Shown: piece after piece, positions 49,144-58,077 of the stretch
How positions within the stretch are numbered: position 1 is the stretch's first letter
How the letters are laid out: the number at the start of each line of letters is the position of its first letter
Virus record (IMG/VR): IMGVR_UViG_3300009159_008968
Span: 32,001-96,000 of that record
Origin: a virus
Reading direction: 5' to 3' (one strand)
DNA length: 64,000 nt
Program-made: the position numbers and the translations under genes
The notes under the pieces: model-generated
Database searches by the model: none
Told to the model about the DNA's origin: nothing
The model's input: the letters and a program-made list of their open reading frames with translations, nothing else

Positions 49144-50736
49144 CTAAAAAGTAAACAAAAGATCACTAGAAATTATTTCTTCAGCCTTTATTTGTATAAA
49201 TTTTCCATCTCTTAACACTGGTATAATATGATTATTCGTTATTCTTACTTTTGCACCTTCTTCGGTTTCTATTTCAAAAATAATATCTTTATCCTCTATA
49301 TCTCTTTGAACTAATTCTAAAACACGTGAAACACCATTTTTTGTTTGAACTATATCGTTTTCATTTATTTCAGTAATTATTTTATAACTTCCATCAGCCA
49401 TTAGCACAAAATTATCTTCAGTCAAACATTTCCTTTCAGGATTTAAAAATCTTTCAAAATATAAGTCAAAACGAACTGGATCTATCTTAGTAATATCAAG
49501 GCACCAAGATAGTAAACAGCCTGCAGCCGATCCTCTTCCAACACCTGAGGATACCCCATTTTCTTTACAAAATCTAATTAACTCCCAGACCACCATAAAA
49601 TAATCTAGTACCTTTTTATCTTCAATAACTTTTAGCTCATATTCCAGACGATCATAATATACTTTCTCTCTTTCAGCATCTATTTTAACAACACTAGTTT
49701 TTTCGTAATCTTTTAATTTTTGTTTTAATTTAGCTTTTGAGAGTTTTTTAATTATTTCTGCTGTATTATCGGTTTTGAAATAATTAATAACATCCGGAGT
49801 TGCTTCATATTTTGGATATTTATCATCCGTCATATTAAACTCAAAATTGCATTTTTCAGCAACCTTTAGAGTATTATCTAAACATAAATCAACATAATGC
49901 TCAGGATAATTAAATCCTAAACGTTTATTCATATCATGAAAACTGTCAAAATTCGTATAATATAATTCTCTTGCTTGCAATGAAAATGCTCTTCCTACTG
50001 GTTGGCTTTGATTGACCGCAATAAGAATGTCTTGTAATCTATTATCTTCCGGTAAAGCATAATGAACATCCCCAGTTAATATGGGTTGTAAATCGTGCTT
50101 TTTAATCATTTTTAAAATAAACTTATTATAATTCTTTTGCTCTTCAATTTCATTAAATTGAAGTTCTGCATAAAAATCATCACCAAATTCCCTTTTAAAT
50201 AAAAGTATTCTTTCCTCTGCTTCTTTTTCTTTACCCTCGGCTATTAATCTGGCAAATTTGGAAGCCATACAAGAAGAGGTTACAATTAATCCTTTTTTAT
50301 TTTCAATTAGCCATTCTGTGGTTATTCTTCCCTTATAATAATATCCTTCAGTAAAAGACCTATAAATTAATTTATTTAAATTAACATAACCTTCCTGATT
50401 TTTAATTATAATCGATTGATGGGTGTTTTTAGCAGAATTATCAATACTTTCAGCTTCTTCTTTTGGTATGTTTTTATCTAAATTATCATTTAAATAAGCC
50501 TCCATACCCAAAATAGGCTTAATTCCGGCAGATTTACATTTTTGGTAATGTGTTAGCCAACCTGAAGCATTTCCGTGATCTAAAATGGTTATTGCTGGGT
50601 GATTATATTCTTTTGCTAATTTTACATAACTAGCTGATTTTGAGGCTCCGTCTAAAGCTGAAAAGTCAGTATGTAAATGTAAATGAACCATTGGGCGGTG
50701 TTTACATCTTGAATTATTACAACTGCAATTTGACAT
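49144..50736 (-). CDS. dnaE: DNA polymerase III alpha, N-terminal half (PHP domain) fused to split-intein N fragment
   Basis: HLHLHTDFSALDG, LDHGN, KPILGMEAY, TGDVHY, GRGSAAG, FERFLNPERK|CLTED. Confidence 0.93.
   Translation of the reverse strand: MSNCSCNNSRCKHRPMVHLHLHTDFSALDGASKSASYVKLAKEYNHPAITILDHGNASGWLTHYQKCKSAGIKPILGMEAYLNDNLDKNIPKEEAESIDNSAKNTHQSIIIKNQEGYVNLNKLIYRSFTEGYYYKGRITTEWLIENKKGLIVTSSCMASKFARLIAEGKEKEAEERILLFKREFGDDFYAELQFNEIEEQKNYNKFILKMIKKHDLQPILTGDVHYALPEDNRLQDILIAVNQSQPVGRAFSLQARELYYTNFDSFHDMNKRLGFNYPEHYVDLCLDNTLKVAEKCNFEFNMTDDKYPKYEATPDVINYFKTDNTAEIIKKLSKAKLKQKLKDYEKTSVVKIDAEREKVYYDRLEYELKVIEDKKVLDYFMVVWELIRFCKENGVSSGVGRGSAAGCLLSWCLDITKIDPVRFDLYFERFLNPERKCLTEDNFVLMADGSYKIITEINENDIVQTKNGVSRVLELVQRDIEDKDIIFEIETEEGAKVRITNNHIIPVLRDGKFIQIKAEEIISSDLLFTF
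49147..49428 (-). mobile_element. Split intein N fragment (94 aa)
   Basis: CLTEDNFVLMADG block A, block B ITNNH, ends KAEEIISSDLLFTF at a TAG stop. Confidence 0.9.
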
Positions 50737-50762
50737 AAATGTTTTAATTATAAATAGACTTT

Positions 50763-50770
50763 CAAAGATA
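50763..50770 (-). promoter_or_regulatory. Bacteroidota -7 box upstream of dnaE-N
   Basis: TATCTTTG 26 nt upstream of ATG 50736; a TATTTAT motif also lies at 50750-50756. Confidence 0.55.
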
Positions 50771-50807
50771 ACATAAAATTATAATTTTTTCTAATTTTTT
50801 TAAAAAT

Positions 50808-52520
50808 ATGGTTATTTATAATAAAAAAATGCCAGTTCCACCAAATAAAATAAAATACACAACTACCAAAGTTGATAATACAATAAAAGCAAAAAATTTT
50901 GCACTTGGTATTAATGCTGGTATTGATTATGGGCCAACTTCTACAACTGGATTTTGGAATGGAATTACACCAACAGTAAGTGGTTATACAATTTACATCA
51001 ATAAAGCAATTCAAGGACCTTCTATTTTTTATCCAGCTAATGATTCTTCATTAATTAATTTTACAAATTACATAAGTGGTAATACTTTTACAACATTAAC
51101 ACAAGCAACAGCTTGGTATGCTGGTCAAACAGAAATAGTTTGTGTAAATTCTGATTATCCAGATGTCGTGACCAATGGATTGAGTTTAATGGTTGATTCA
51201 GGTTTTTTACCATCTTACTGTGGAAGTGGTATAACATGGACAGATTTAAGTTATAGTGGATTTAATGCCACTTTAATTAATTCTCCTTCATATGTTTTAT
51301 CTGGCAAAAGTTCATATTTAAATTTCGCTTCATCAAGTAGTAATTATGCAACATTTAGTGATTTAGGTAATCTTAGTAATTTTAGTTGTGAAGTTTGGAC
51401 TAAACAAAATAGTTTGCCAGCAACAAACTCTTTTCCAGCTTTTATAACAAATCCCGGACCTTTAGGAAGCTATATAAATTATGCAATAGGATATACGTTT
51501 GCTCCATGGGATGGTAAAATATATGGAGGCTTTTTTAATGGTACTTGGCAATTACCATCATTAGGATTTACACCAACAACAGATCAATGGTATCATTACG
51601 CTGTTACTTATGATGGATCAAAAATAGTTTTTTATGTTGATGGTAAATATTATTCTTCAGGATCAACTTCTACAGCCGCTTTAAGTTCAGGTGCTGGAGG
51701 TAATTTAATGAAAAGATGGGATGATACAAATTATATTGATGGATTTCTATTAAATGCTAAAGTTTATAATCGTGCATTAAGTTCTAATGAAATATTGCAA
51801 AATTATAATGCTCATGCAATTCCAATTGGAGTTAGTAATATTGGATTAATTCTTAATCTTGATGCGGGTAGCGTTTTATCATATCCTTATACAGGTACGT
51901 TATGGAAAAGTACTATTTCATCAATTCAAAATAATGGAACATTAACAAATGGTCCAACATTTAATTTATCTAATGGTGGAAGTTTAGTTTTTGATGGGAC
52001 AAATGATTATGTTTCTTTACCTTCTAATTTTTTTAATCCAGATGCAGGAACACCTTTTAGTGTATCTATTTGGTTTAAAACAACTACAGCAGGAGGAACT
52101 TTATTCGGTCAACAAAACACATCAAATCCTTCTTCTGCATCTGGTTATGTTCCTGCTATTTATATTAATAGTAGTGGACAAATTGTTACATCATGTTTTT
52201 GGGGAGGCTCTGTAAGTAATGTAACCACATCAACTGCTGTTGTTAACGATGGTAATTGGCACAATATAGTTGTAACCTTTGCATTAACATCTCATAAAAC
52301 ATATTTAGATAATTCTTTAATAGGAACAATCACTAAAACACAAAATAATTATGCAGCAACTTATTATTATTTCTTAGGAGCAGGCTTTAGTGCAGCTTGG
52401 ACAGGTGTTAATGGTTATTATTTCAATGGAAATATAGCTTATGCTTCTTTTTATAATGTTGAACTAACTTCAACAATAATAAGTAAAAATTATCAATCAT
52501 TACTAAGTAGATTTACATAA
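50808..52520 (+). CDS. Virion fibre/adhesin with two LamG (concanavalin A-like) domains (likely start ATG 50829)
   Basis: Two related units beginning VTNGL.L..D / SNIGLILNLDAG; FS.EVW.K; QWYHYAVTYDG and GNWHNIVVTF; VYNRALS..EI.QNY. Confidence 0.82.
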   Translation: MVIYNKKMPVPPNKIKYTTTKVDNTIKAKNFALGINAGIDYGPTSTTGFWNGITPTVSGYTIYINKAIQGPSIFYPANDSSLINFTNYISGNTFTTLTQATAWYAGQTEIVCVNSDYPDVVTNGLSLMVDSGFLPSYCGSGITWTDLSYSGFNATLINSPSYVLSGKSSYLNFASSSSNYATFSDLGNLSNFSCEVWTKQNSLPATNSFPAFITNPGPLGSYINYAIGYTFAPWDGKIYGGFFNGTWQLPSLGFTPTTDQWYHYAVTYDGSKIVFYVDGKYYSSGSTSTAALSSGAGGNLMKRWDDTNYIDGFLLNAKVYNRALSSNEILQNYNAHAIPIGVSNIGLILNLDAGSVLSYPYTGTLWKSTISSIQNNGTLTNGPTFNLSNGGSLVFDGTNDYVSLPSNFFNPDAGTPFSVSIWFKTTTAGGTLFGQQNTSNPSSASGYVPAIYINSSGQIVTSCFWGGSVSNVTTSTAVVNDGNWHNIVVTFALTSHKTYLDNSLIGTITKTQNNYAATYYYFLGAGFSAAWTGVNGYYFNGNIAYASFYNVELTSTIISKNYQSLLSRFT

Positions 52521-52780
52521 TGGAAAATAACAATAGAAATTATTTAATTTTTAATGTATCAGAATTAAATAAAATAGATTTTGAAAAAATACATGAAACT
52601 TCATTAGAAACATTAAGATATAGTGCAGATAATTCAAAAACTTTTATTAAATGGGATAATGATCTTGAACCTGATTTTATTTCTAATTTATTAACTAAAG
52701 AAGGACCTTACAATCAAGAAGAAATTTTACAAATTCTTTCTACTGATTTTTGGATTGACTCTAAAAACATAATGAGTTAA
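52520..52780 (+). CDS. Small acidic protein coupled to the LamG gene, possible fibre assembly chaperone
   Basis: Start overlaps the LamG stop codon (TAATG). Confidence 0.65.
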   Translation: MENNNRNYLIFNVSELNKIDFEKIHETSLETLRYSADNSKTFIKWDNDLEPDFISNLLTKEGPYNQEEILQILSTDFWIDSKNIMS

Positions 52781-52831
52781 AATTTATTTTTTTTTCTTTT
52801 ATTTTTATATTTATTTTAAATCATAATAGTA

Positions 52832-53695
52832 ATGTCAGATATTTCAAATCAATTAATAAAAGATTCTTATAATAACGTAGTTCAGGTTGATCCTGTTACA
52901 AGAGAATTTTTAAGAATTGGTGGTAGTCCAGTAGAAAATCCTCACTTTTTATCTGGTGTTACAATATCTAATGGAATTCAAATTACTAATAATGCTCAAA
53001 ATGGATATGTTTTACAGTCTGATGGATTAGGTAATGGTAATTGGGTTGTTCCTCCCGGTGGAGTTGGGTCTTCTGGTTCTGCAGGTAGTGCAGGAATAAA
53101 TGGGAGTTCAGGATCATCTGGAGCAAATGGAAGTTCTGGTTCAGCAGGTAGTAATGGCACATCAGGATCAGCAGGATCATCAGGATCGTCTGGTTCTTCT
53201 GGTATTGATGGTAGTTCTGGTATTAATGGTAGTTCTGGTATTAATGGTAGTTCTGGCACTAACGGTACATCAGGAGTTGATGGCGCAAGTGGTACTTCGG
53301 GCACATCTGGTAGTGCTGGTGTTAATGGTACTTCTGGTAGTGCTGGAAGTTCTGGTGCTAATGGTACATCTGGTTCATCTGGTGCTAATGGAACAGGATT
53401 GGTTAGGGGAGATACAGGCTATATTGCGTATTTTGACACTACGAGTTCAGTAGCTAGTTCAATTATATTTCAAGAATCAACAACTGGTATTGGAATAGGT
53501 ACAGCAGATCCTAATAATTCAGCTATTTTACATTTACAAACTACAAATAGAGGATTTTTGCCTCCTGTTATGACTGCATCACAAAGAGATTTAATAAATA
53601 CACCAGCTAGGGGTCTTATGGTTTATGTAACAGATATTGAACCGGGCGTTTGGGTTTATGATGGAGGAAGTTGGAGAAGATTATTATTTGCTTAA
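52832..53695 (+). CDS. Collagen-like fibre protein
   Basis: 37 consecutive Gly-X-Y triplets between globular ends; the C-terminal RGFLPPVMT...GLMVY segment is typical of fibre tips. Confidence 0.88.
   Translation: MSDISNQLIKDSYNNVVQVDPVTREFLRIGGSPVENPHFLSGVTISNGIQITNNAQNGYVLQSDGLGNGNWVVPPGGVGSSGSAGSAGINGSSGSSGANGSSGSAGSNGTSGSAGSSGSSGSSGIDGSSGINGSSGINGSSGTNGTSGVDGASGTSGTSGSAGVNGTSGSAGSSGANGTSGSSGANGTGLVRGDTGYIAYFDTTSSVASSIIFQESTTGIGIGTADPNNSAILHLQTTNRGFLPPVMTASQRDLINTPARGLMVYVTDIEPGVWVYDGGSWRRLLFA
53066..53398 (+). repeat. Gly-X-Y repeat, 37 triplets, Ser/Thr/Asn-rich with no Pro or Lys
   Basis: Counted from GSS at 53066 to GTG ending at 53398. Confidence 0.92.
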
Positions 53696-54112
53696 CAAAG
53701 AATTTTCTTTTAAAATTTTAGATAATTCTTCTTTTGAATAAAAAAATTCTTCTTCTTTTTGTTCTTGAACAATTACTTTAATTTCTGTCTTTGGTTCTTC
53801 TTGTTCATTAACTGAAACTTTTACATTTTTTGCATTTTTAACAAAAAATTCAGATGACCAAGGTTCAAAAAAAACATCATCTGCAATGACTTCTAATTTA
53901 ATTTTTCCTTGAGTGTTTTCTGACAAAAAGCTTTTTGTTTTAGGAATTATAATTTCACATTTCCCTCTAGAATCAATCGTTCCATTAAAAATATAGTTAA
54001 ATTCTTCGGATTCTATAATAACCCTAGCTTTAGATTTATTTAAAGAAGCTCCTTTTAATTCTACATTACAAGAAAATTTATTTGTTTTATCAGAATATAA
54101 TTTATATTTCAT
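53684..54112 (-). CDS. Hypothetical beta-rich protein
   Basis: 142 aa; IKLEVIADDVFFEPW segment; coupled to the upstream ORF. Confidence 0.7.
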   Translation of the reverse strand: MKYKLYSDKTNKFSCNVELKGASLNKSKARVIIESEEFNYIFNGTIDSRGKCEIIIPKTKSFLSENTQGKIKLEVIADDVFFEPWSSEFFVKNAKNVKVSVNEQEEPKTEIKVIVQEQKEEEFFYSKEELSKILKENSLLSK

Positions 54113-54506
54113 CGAAGTTAATTTTTATTGAAATTGTGTTGGATTTTGTTTTTTTTATTTCAATGTCTTTGATATCAATAATTATGTCAGAATTCTTTTT
54201 TTTCGTTATTTCTTCTAAAATTTTTGATTCTTTATTTTCCATTGAAATTATCAGATTAATAAAAGCTTTTTTTTCTACTTCAGTCAGATCTTCAATCTTT
54301 TGAATTTCTTCTTCTGATTGATCATTTTCTTCTTCTTCTTTAATTTTTTCTAATTCATGACGTTTACGCCATGTCTTATTTTTAGCTAAAGCACTGCCGG
54401 TTCTAGAAGTAAGGACTGTTTGGATAATACAAAAGTCGGCCCAAGATAATCTAGCGTTTTGCCAAGAAAACGGAGAATTATTCCAAGTATAACAAACTGA
54501 AGCCAT
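54102..54506 (-). CDS. Hypothetical protein
   Basis: 134 aa, Trp-rich N-terminus, acidic coil. Confidence 0.6.
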   Translation of the reverse strand: MASVCYTWNNSPFSWQNARLSWADFCIIQTVLTSRTGSALAKNKTWRKRHELEKIKEEEENDQSEEEIQKIEDLTEVEKKAFINLIISMENKESKILEEITKKKNSDIIIDIKDIEIKKTKSNTISIKINFDEI

Positions 54507-54579
54507 ATATAATTAAATAGTTTCAAATACTACAATCAATTAAATTTTTTTTTAATATTTATTACAAAAGCTTAAAAAA

Positions 54580-55038
54580 ATGAAAATAACAAAATCAGAT
54601 TTACAAGAAATCATAAAAGAAGAAGCAATTAGACTTTTTCAAATTCAAAAACTAGAAGAAGCACAAATGAAAGTTCAAGAAGAATTAAAACTTATTTCTG
54701 AAGGCAAAAAACAAATGTCTGATGAAGAAATGAACGAACTTTTAGCTGGTCTTAAAAGTGTTTTTGGTGCAGGAGCTCAAAAAGCAGGTCAAGTTGCAGC
54801 TAGTGCTGCACAAAAAGTAGGACAAGCAGTTGCTGGTGCTGGAGATAAAGCGAAAGAAGTTGCCGGTAAAGTAGCTACAAAATATAAAGAAGGTGAGGCA
54901 GCTGCTAAAAAAGTAAAAATAGAGAAAAGAAGAGATGAAATTGTTGCAAAAATAAAAGAGTTAGCTAATGAATATAAAACGATCACAGGAAAGAGATATT
55001 CAATGGTTGGTCAAAAAATTGATGCTGTTAAAGCATAA
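54580..55038 (+). CDS. Probable head-associated protein with Ala-rich helix
   Basis: MKITKSDLQEIIKEE N-terminus; TATTTAT 17 nt upstream; has its own terminator. Confidence 0.7.
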   Translation: MKITKSDLQEIIKEEAIRLFQIQKLEEAQMKVQEELKLISEGKKQMSDEEMNELLAGLKSVFGAGAQKAGQVAASAAQKVGQAVAGAGDKAKEVAGKVATKYKEGEAAAKKVKIEKRRDEIVAKIKELANEYKTITGKRYSMVGQKIDAVKA

Positions 55039-55060
55039 TATTTAATATAATAATTATTGT

Positions 55061-55090
55061 AAAAGGAGGTTAGAAATAATCTCCTTTTTT
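55061..55090 (+). terminator. Rho-independent terminator with GAAA tetraloop
   Basis: AGGAGGTTA-GAAA-TAATCTCCT followed by TTTTTT. Confidence 0.85.
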
Positions 55091-55175
55091 ATTTTATAAT
55101 TTATTTTGCTTTTAATTTAAAATTTTTTTAATTTTAATTTGTACAACAAAGTATAAACAAATTTATGTCTAACTC

Positions 55176-55736
55176 ATGCAAAATATTGAATATGAAGAAT
55201 TAAATCAAAAACAAACACGTCCCGGAAAAAAAATTAAAATTAATAACAGATTAATTGATAATAAAAAAATATCTGTTGACATTGGAACGGTTGATAATAA
55301 AAATTGCCCTAAAACTGTTTATTTAAATATAAGTTTTTGGGTTGATATTAAAAATCGTGAAGAACAAGAAAATGATAACAATTTTGATAAAAACATATCA
55401 AAAGAATTTTCAAAATATCTAAAACATATTTATAAGAAAGATTTATATGATTTTTTAATAGACAATAAATTTTTCCCTTTTTATTACGAAAATATTTATT
55501 CTTTTGATTTTCCTGAAAACTTAAATTATAATAATAAAAAGAGCTTTGTAAGTATTGAGATTCATTTTCACACAATGAATAACAATATTAATTCAAAAAA
55601 TATTTCTGATTATTATACTCTTAAAAATGATTTAAAAAATGATTTTTTCTATGAATTAATTACTATAGCTAATATAATAGGAAATAGTGATTTATTAAGA
55701 GAAAATGAAAATTTTTGTATCTCAAAAAAGAAATAA
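55176..55736 (+). CDS. Hypothetical protein
   Basis: 186-aa ORF upstream of the protease. Confidence 0.65.
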   Translation: MQNIEYEELNQKQTRPGKKIKINNRLIDNKKISVDIGTVDNKNCPKTVYLNISFWVDIKNREEQENDNNFDKNISKEFSKYLKHIYKKDLYDFLIDNKFFPFYYENIYSFDFPENLNYNNKKSFVSIEIHFHTMNNNINSKNISDYYTLKNDLKNDFFYELITIANIIGNSDLLRENENFCISKKK

Positions 55737-55766
55737 TTATTTATTTGATTTTTTTTAATCTATTTA

Positions 55767-56441
55767 TTGGTAATTAACAAATTATCAATGAATAATCTCG
55801 ATAATAAATATATTATTTCTGAATTTCTAGCTATAGATCCCGATGTTCAGAATATAAAAGAGGCGATTGAAAAAAATCAGCCAATTATTGTTCCTTGTAT
55901 TTTACAGAAAGCGAACACTTTAAATAGAAATGGAAGACTTTATCCTTTTGATATTTTAAAAAGAGAAGTTGATAAATATCAAGAATTGGTAAAAGAAAGA
56001 AGTGCTATGGGCGAATTAGATCATCCAGATTCTGCTGTTATTTCCCTTGCTAATGTTTCACATATAATTACAGAAATGTCGTGGAAAGGTGAAACCTTAT
56101 ATGGAAAAATTCAAATTGCAGATACTCCTGCAGGTGATACCGTTAAAGGCCTTTTAAAAACTGGAATAAAATTAGGAATATCTTCTCGTGGTGTTGGATC
56201 AGTAAAGAAAAATAGAGAAGGACAAGATGTTGTTCAAGAAGATTTTGAATTAATTGGATTTGATATTGTTTCATCTCCTTCTACGCCGGGAGCATATTTA
56301 TTCAAAGAATCAAAACAATGGGGAATGAAAAAATTAATGGATTCTGATCACAAATTATTAAAGACAGATGACGTTAAAATTAAAATAAAAAATTTAAAAA
56401 ATAATCTAAATAATTTATCCAAAGATGGGTTTTGGAATTAA
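55767..56441 (+). CDS. gp21: Prohead core protease (T4 gp21-like; likely start ATG 55788)
   Basis: QKANTLNRNGRLYP, GELDHPD, ANVSH, GISSRGVGS, FDIVSSPSTPGA. Confidence 0.95.
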   Translation: MVINKLSMNNLDNKYIISEFLAIDPDVQNIKEAIEKNQPIIVPCILQKANTLNRNGRLYPFDILKREVDKYQELVKERSAMGELDHPDSAVISLANVSHIITEMSWKGETLYGKIQIADTPAGDTVKGLLKTGIKLGISSRGVGSVKKNREGQDVVQEDFELIGFDIVSSPSTPGAYLFKESKQWGMKKLMDSDHKLLKTDDVKIKIKNLKNNLNNLSKDGFWN

Positions 56442-56524
56442 GTAAATAAAAAAAATAATAATTTTTATAATTTATAATTTTTTTTTCTATTTATAACAAA
56501 ATATCTATTATTTAAAATAATAAT

Positions 56525-58060
56525 ATGTTGAATAAAAATATAATTAAAGACGCATTAGCTGATGCTAAAGAAATTGAAAAGTTTGCAATTGAGCAAGCTA
56601 GAAAATCTTTAGAAGAAGCTTTAATGCCTCAAATAGAAAAAGCGATTCAAGATAGTCTTCAAGAAAATACAACAGTAGAATCAGTTGAAGAAAATGAAAT
56701 TGAAACTATAACAATTTCTGAATCCTTTGAATCATCAGACAATTTAATATCTGAAAATACAAACTCACAAAATATACAAGAAATGTACAACGAAAAAGAA
56801 GAAACAAATGAAGAGCTATTCGAGGTTGAAGGTCTTTTTGAAGATGAAGAAACTGCCCAAGAACCTACTGAAGCTTCATTAGAAGCAAAGCTTGATGCTA
56901 TGACTGCTAAACTTGATACATTAATAGCTGCTGCACAAGGTGGTGGCGAAGAAGAAGCTTCTGCTGAAGGAGAAGTGGAAGTAGTAGATGATGAAGCTGC
57001 TGAAGCACCTGCTGCTCCAGCTCCAGCTGAACCTGCTGCTGCTGCATCGGCTCCGGCTGCACCTGCTGCTCCAGCTCCAGCTGAACAGCCTACTGTTACT
57101 GAAGATACCATGTTTGAAATAGAAATGGAAGAAGACATGGAAGAAGGTCTTTTTGAAATGGAAGAAGATATGGAAGAAGGCATGGAAGAAGGTGATAAAG
57201 TTTATGAAATAAACGTTGAAGAAGATATGGAAGAAGGTGATAAAGTTTATGAAATAAACGTTGAAGAAGATATGGAAGAAGGAGAAAGTGAAGTTGATCC
57301 TAAAACTGGTTTGCCTTTACCTCCAAAAGAGTATGGTGGAATTAAAGGTGGAATGGTTGGCGAGGACATGGAAGAAGGTCTTTATGAAATTGACATGGAA
57401 GAAGACATGGAAGAAGGTTGGAAAAAAGTTGAAGAAGATATGGAAGAAGAAGGAATGTTTGAAGTTGAAATGGAAGAAGGCGATATGGAAGAGTCAAGAA
57501 GTTTAGCTTTTTCTTCAAAAAATCGTGGTCCAAGATATAATCATAACAATTTACCTAAACATGCTCCAGTAACTACTCCAGCAAAAGGGTTAAATGAATC
57601 AAAAATAAAAGCTCAATATGAGTCTAAATTAGACGAGTTAATAAAGGAAAACGCAAGTTTAAAAGGTGTGATTAAAAACTACAAATCAAATTTAAAAGAA
57701 TTTGAAAATTCATTTGTAGAATTAAAATCGCAATTAAATGAAATGCAGACTTTCAATGGAAAATTAGCTTATGCAAATAAGTTATTAACCAAAGGTGGTT
57801 TGACAAATGATGAGAAAATTAGAATAGCTGAGGAATTTGATAAGTGTGCAACTGTTGAAGATGCAAAAAAACTTTATAACAAAATCATCAGTGAAAATAA
57901 ATTCTCTTCTAAGTCTAACGCTACTGATAAATTGAAATCTGTAAAGCCTAGCACGGCTTCGGTTCAAAATCTTTCTGAAAACAAAGCTGAAAAGCTTTTT
58001 GAAAGTGAAGAAAGAAGAAGAATGAAAATGCTCGCTGGTATCGTAAAACCAATTAATTAA
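56525..58060 (+). CDS. Prohead core scaffolding protein (gp22-like)
   Basis: Lies between protease and capsid genes; very acidic EEDMEEG repeats; C-terminal coiled coil; ends RRMKMLAGI. Confidence 0.85.
   Translation: MLNKNIIKDALADAKEIEKFAIEQARKSLEEALMPQIEKAIQDSLQENTTVESVEENEIETITISESFESSDNLISENTNSQNIQEMYNEKEETNEELFEVEGLFEDEETAQEPTEASLEAKLDAMTAKLDTLIAAAQGGGEEEASAEGEVEVVDDEAAEAPAAPAPAEPAAAASAPAAPAAPAPAEQPTVTEDTMFEIEMEEDMEEGLFEMEEDMEEGMEEGDKVYEINVEEDMEEGDKVYEINVEEDMEEGESEVDPKTGLPLPPKEYGGIKGGMVGEDMEEGLYEIDMEEDMEEGWKKVEEDMEEEGMFEVEMEEGDMEESRSLAFSSKNRGPRYNHNNLPKHAPVTTPAKGLNESKIKAQYESKLDELIKENASLKGVIKNYKSNLKEFENSFVELKSQLNEMQTFNGKLAYANKLLTKGGLTNDEKIRIAEEFDKCATVEDAKKLYNKIISENKFSSKSNATDKLKSVKPSTASVQNLSENKAEKLFESEERRRMKMLAGIVKPIN
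57182..57282 (+). repeat. Exact 45-bp tandem duplication (MEEGDKVYEINVEED)
   Basis: Identical units at 57182-57226 and 57227-57271 plus a partial third. Confidence 0.95.
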
Positions 58061-58077
58061 TTAGAAAAATATAAAAA

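Noticed and set aside
49100-49146. TAG stop of DnaE-N as a sign of stop-codon recoding or read-through into the endonuclease
   Set aside because: Read-through hits TGA at 49105-49107 after 12 codons. The endonuclease ATG is out of frame (38-nt offset) and DnaE-C is again out of frame (14-nt offset). All long ORFs are intact in the standard code.
52986-53453. Alternative-frame and antisense ORFs over the collagen repeat
   Set aside because: Stop-free frames are a by-product of the GGT/TCT/GCT triplet repeat.
55130-55145. TTAATTTGTA upstream of 55176 (and of 39542) as a host promoter
   Set aside because: One mismatch to TAnnTTTG in very AT-rich DNA; too weak to call without TSS data.
56659-57533. 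Antisense and alternate-frame ORFs over the scaffold gene
   Set aside because: Low-complexity GAA/GCT repeats remove stops; the translations are Ser/Ala low complexity.
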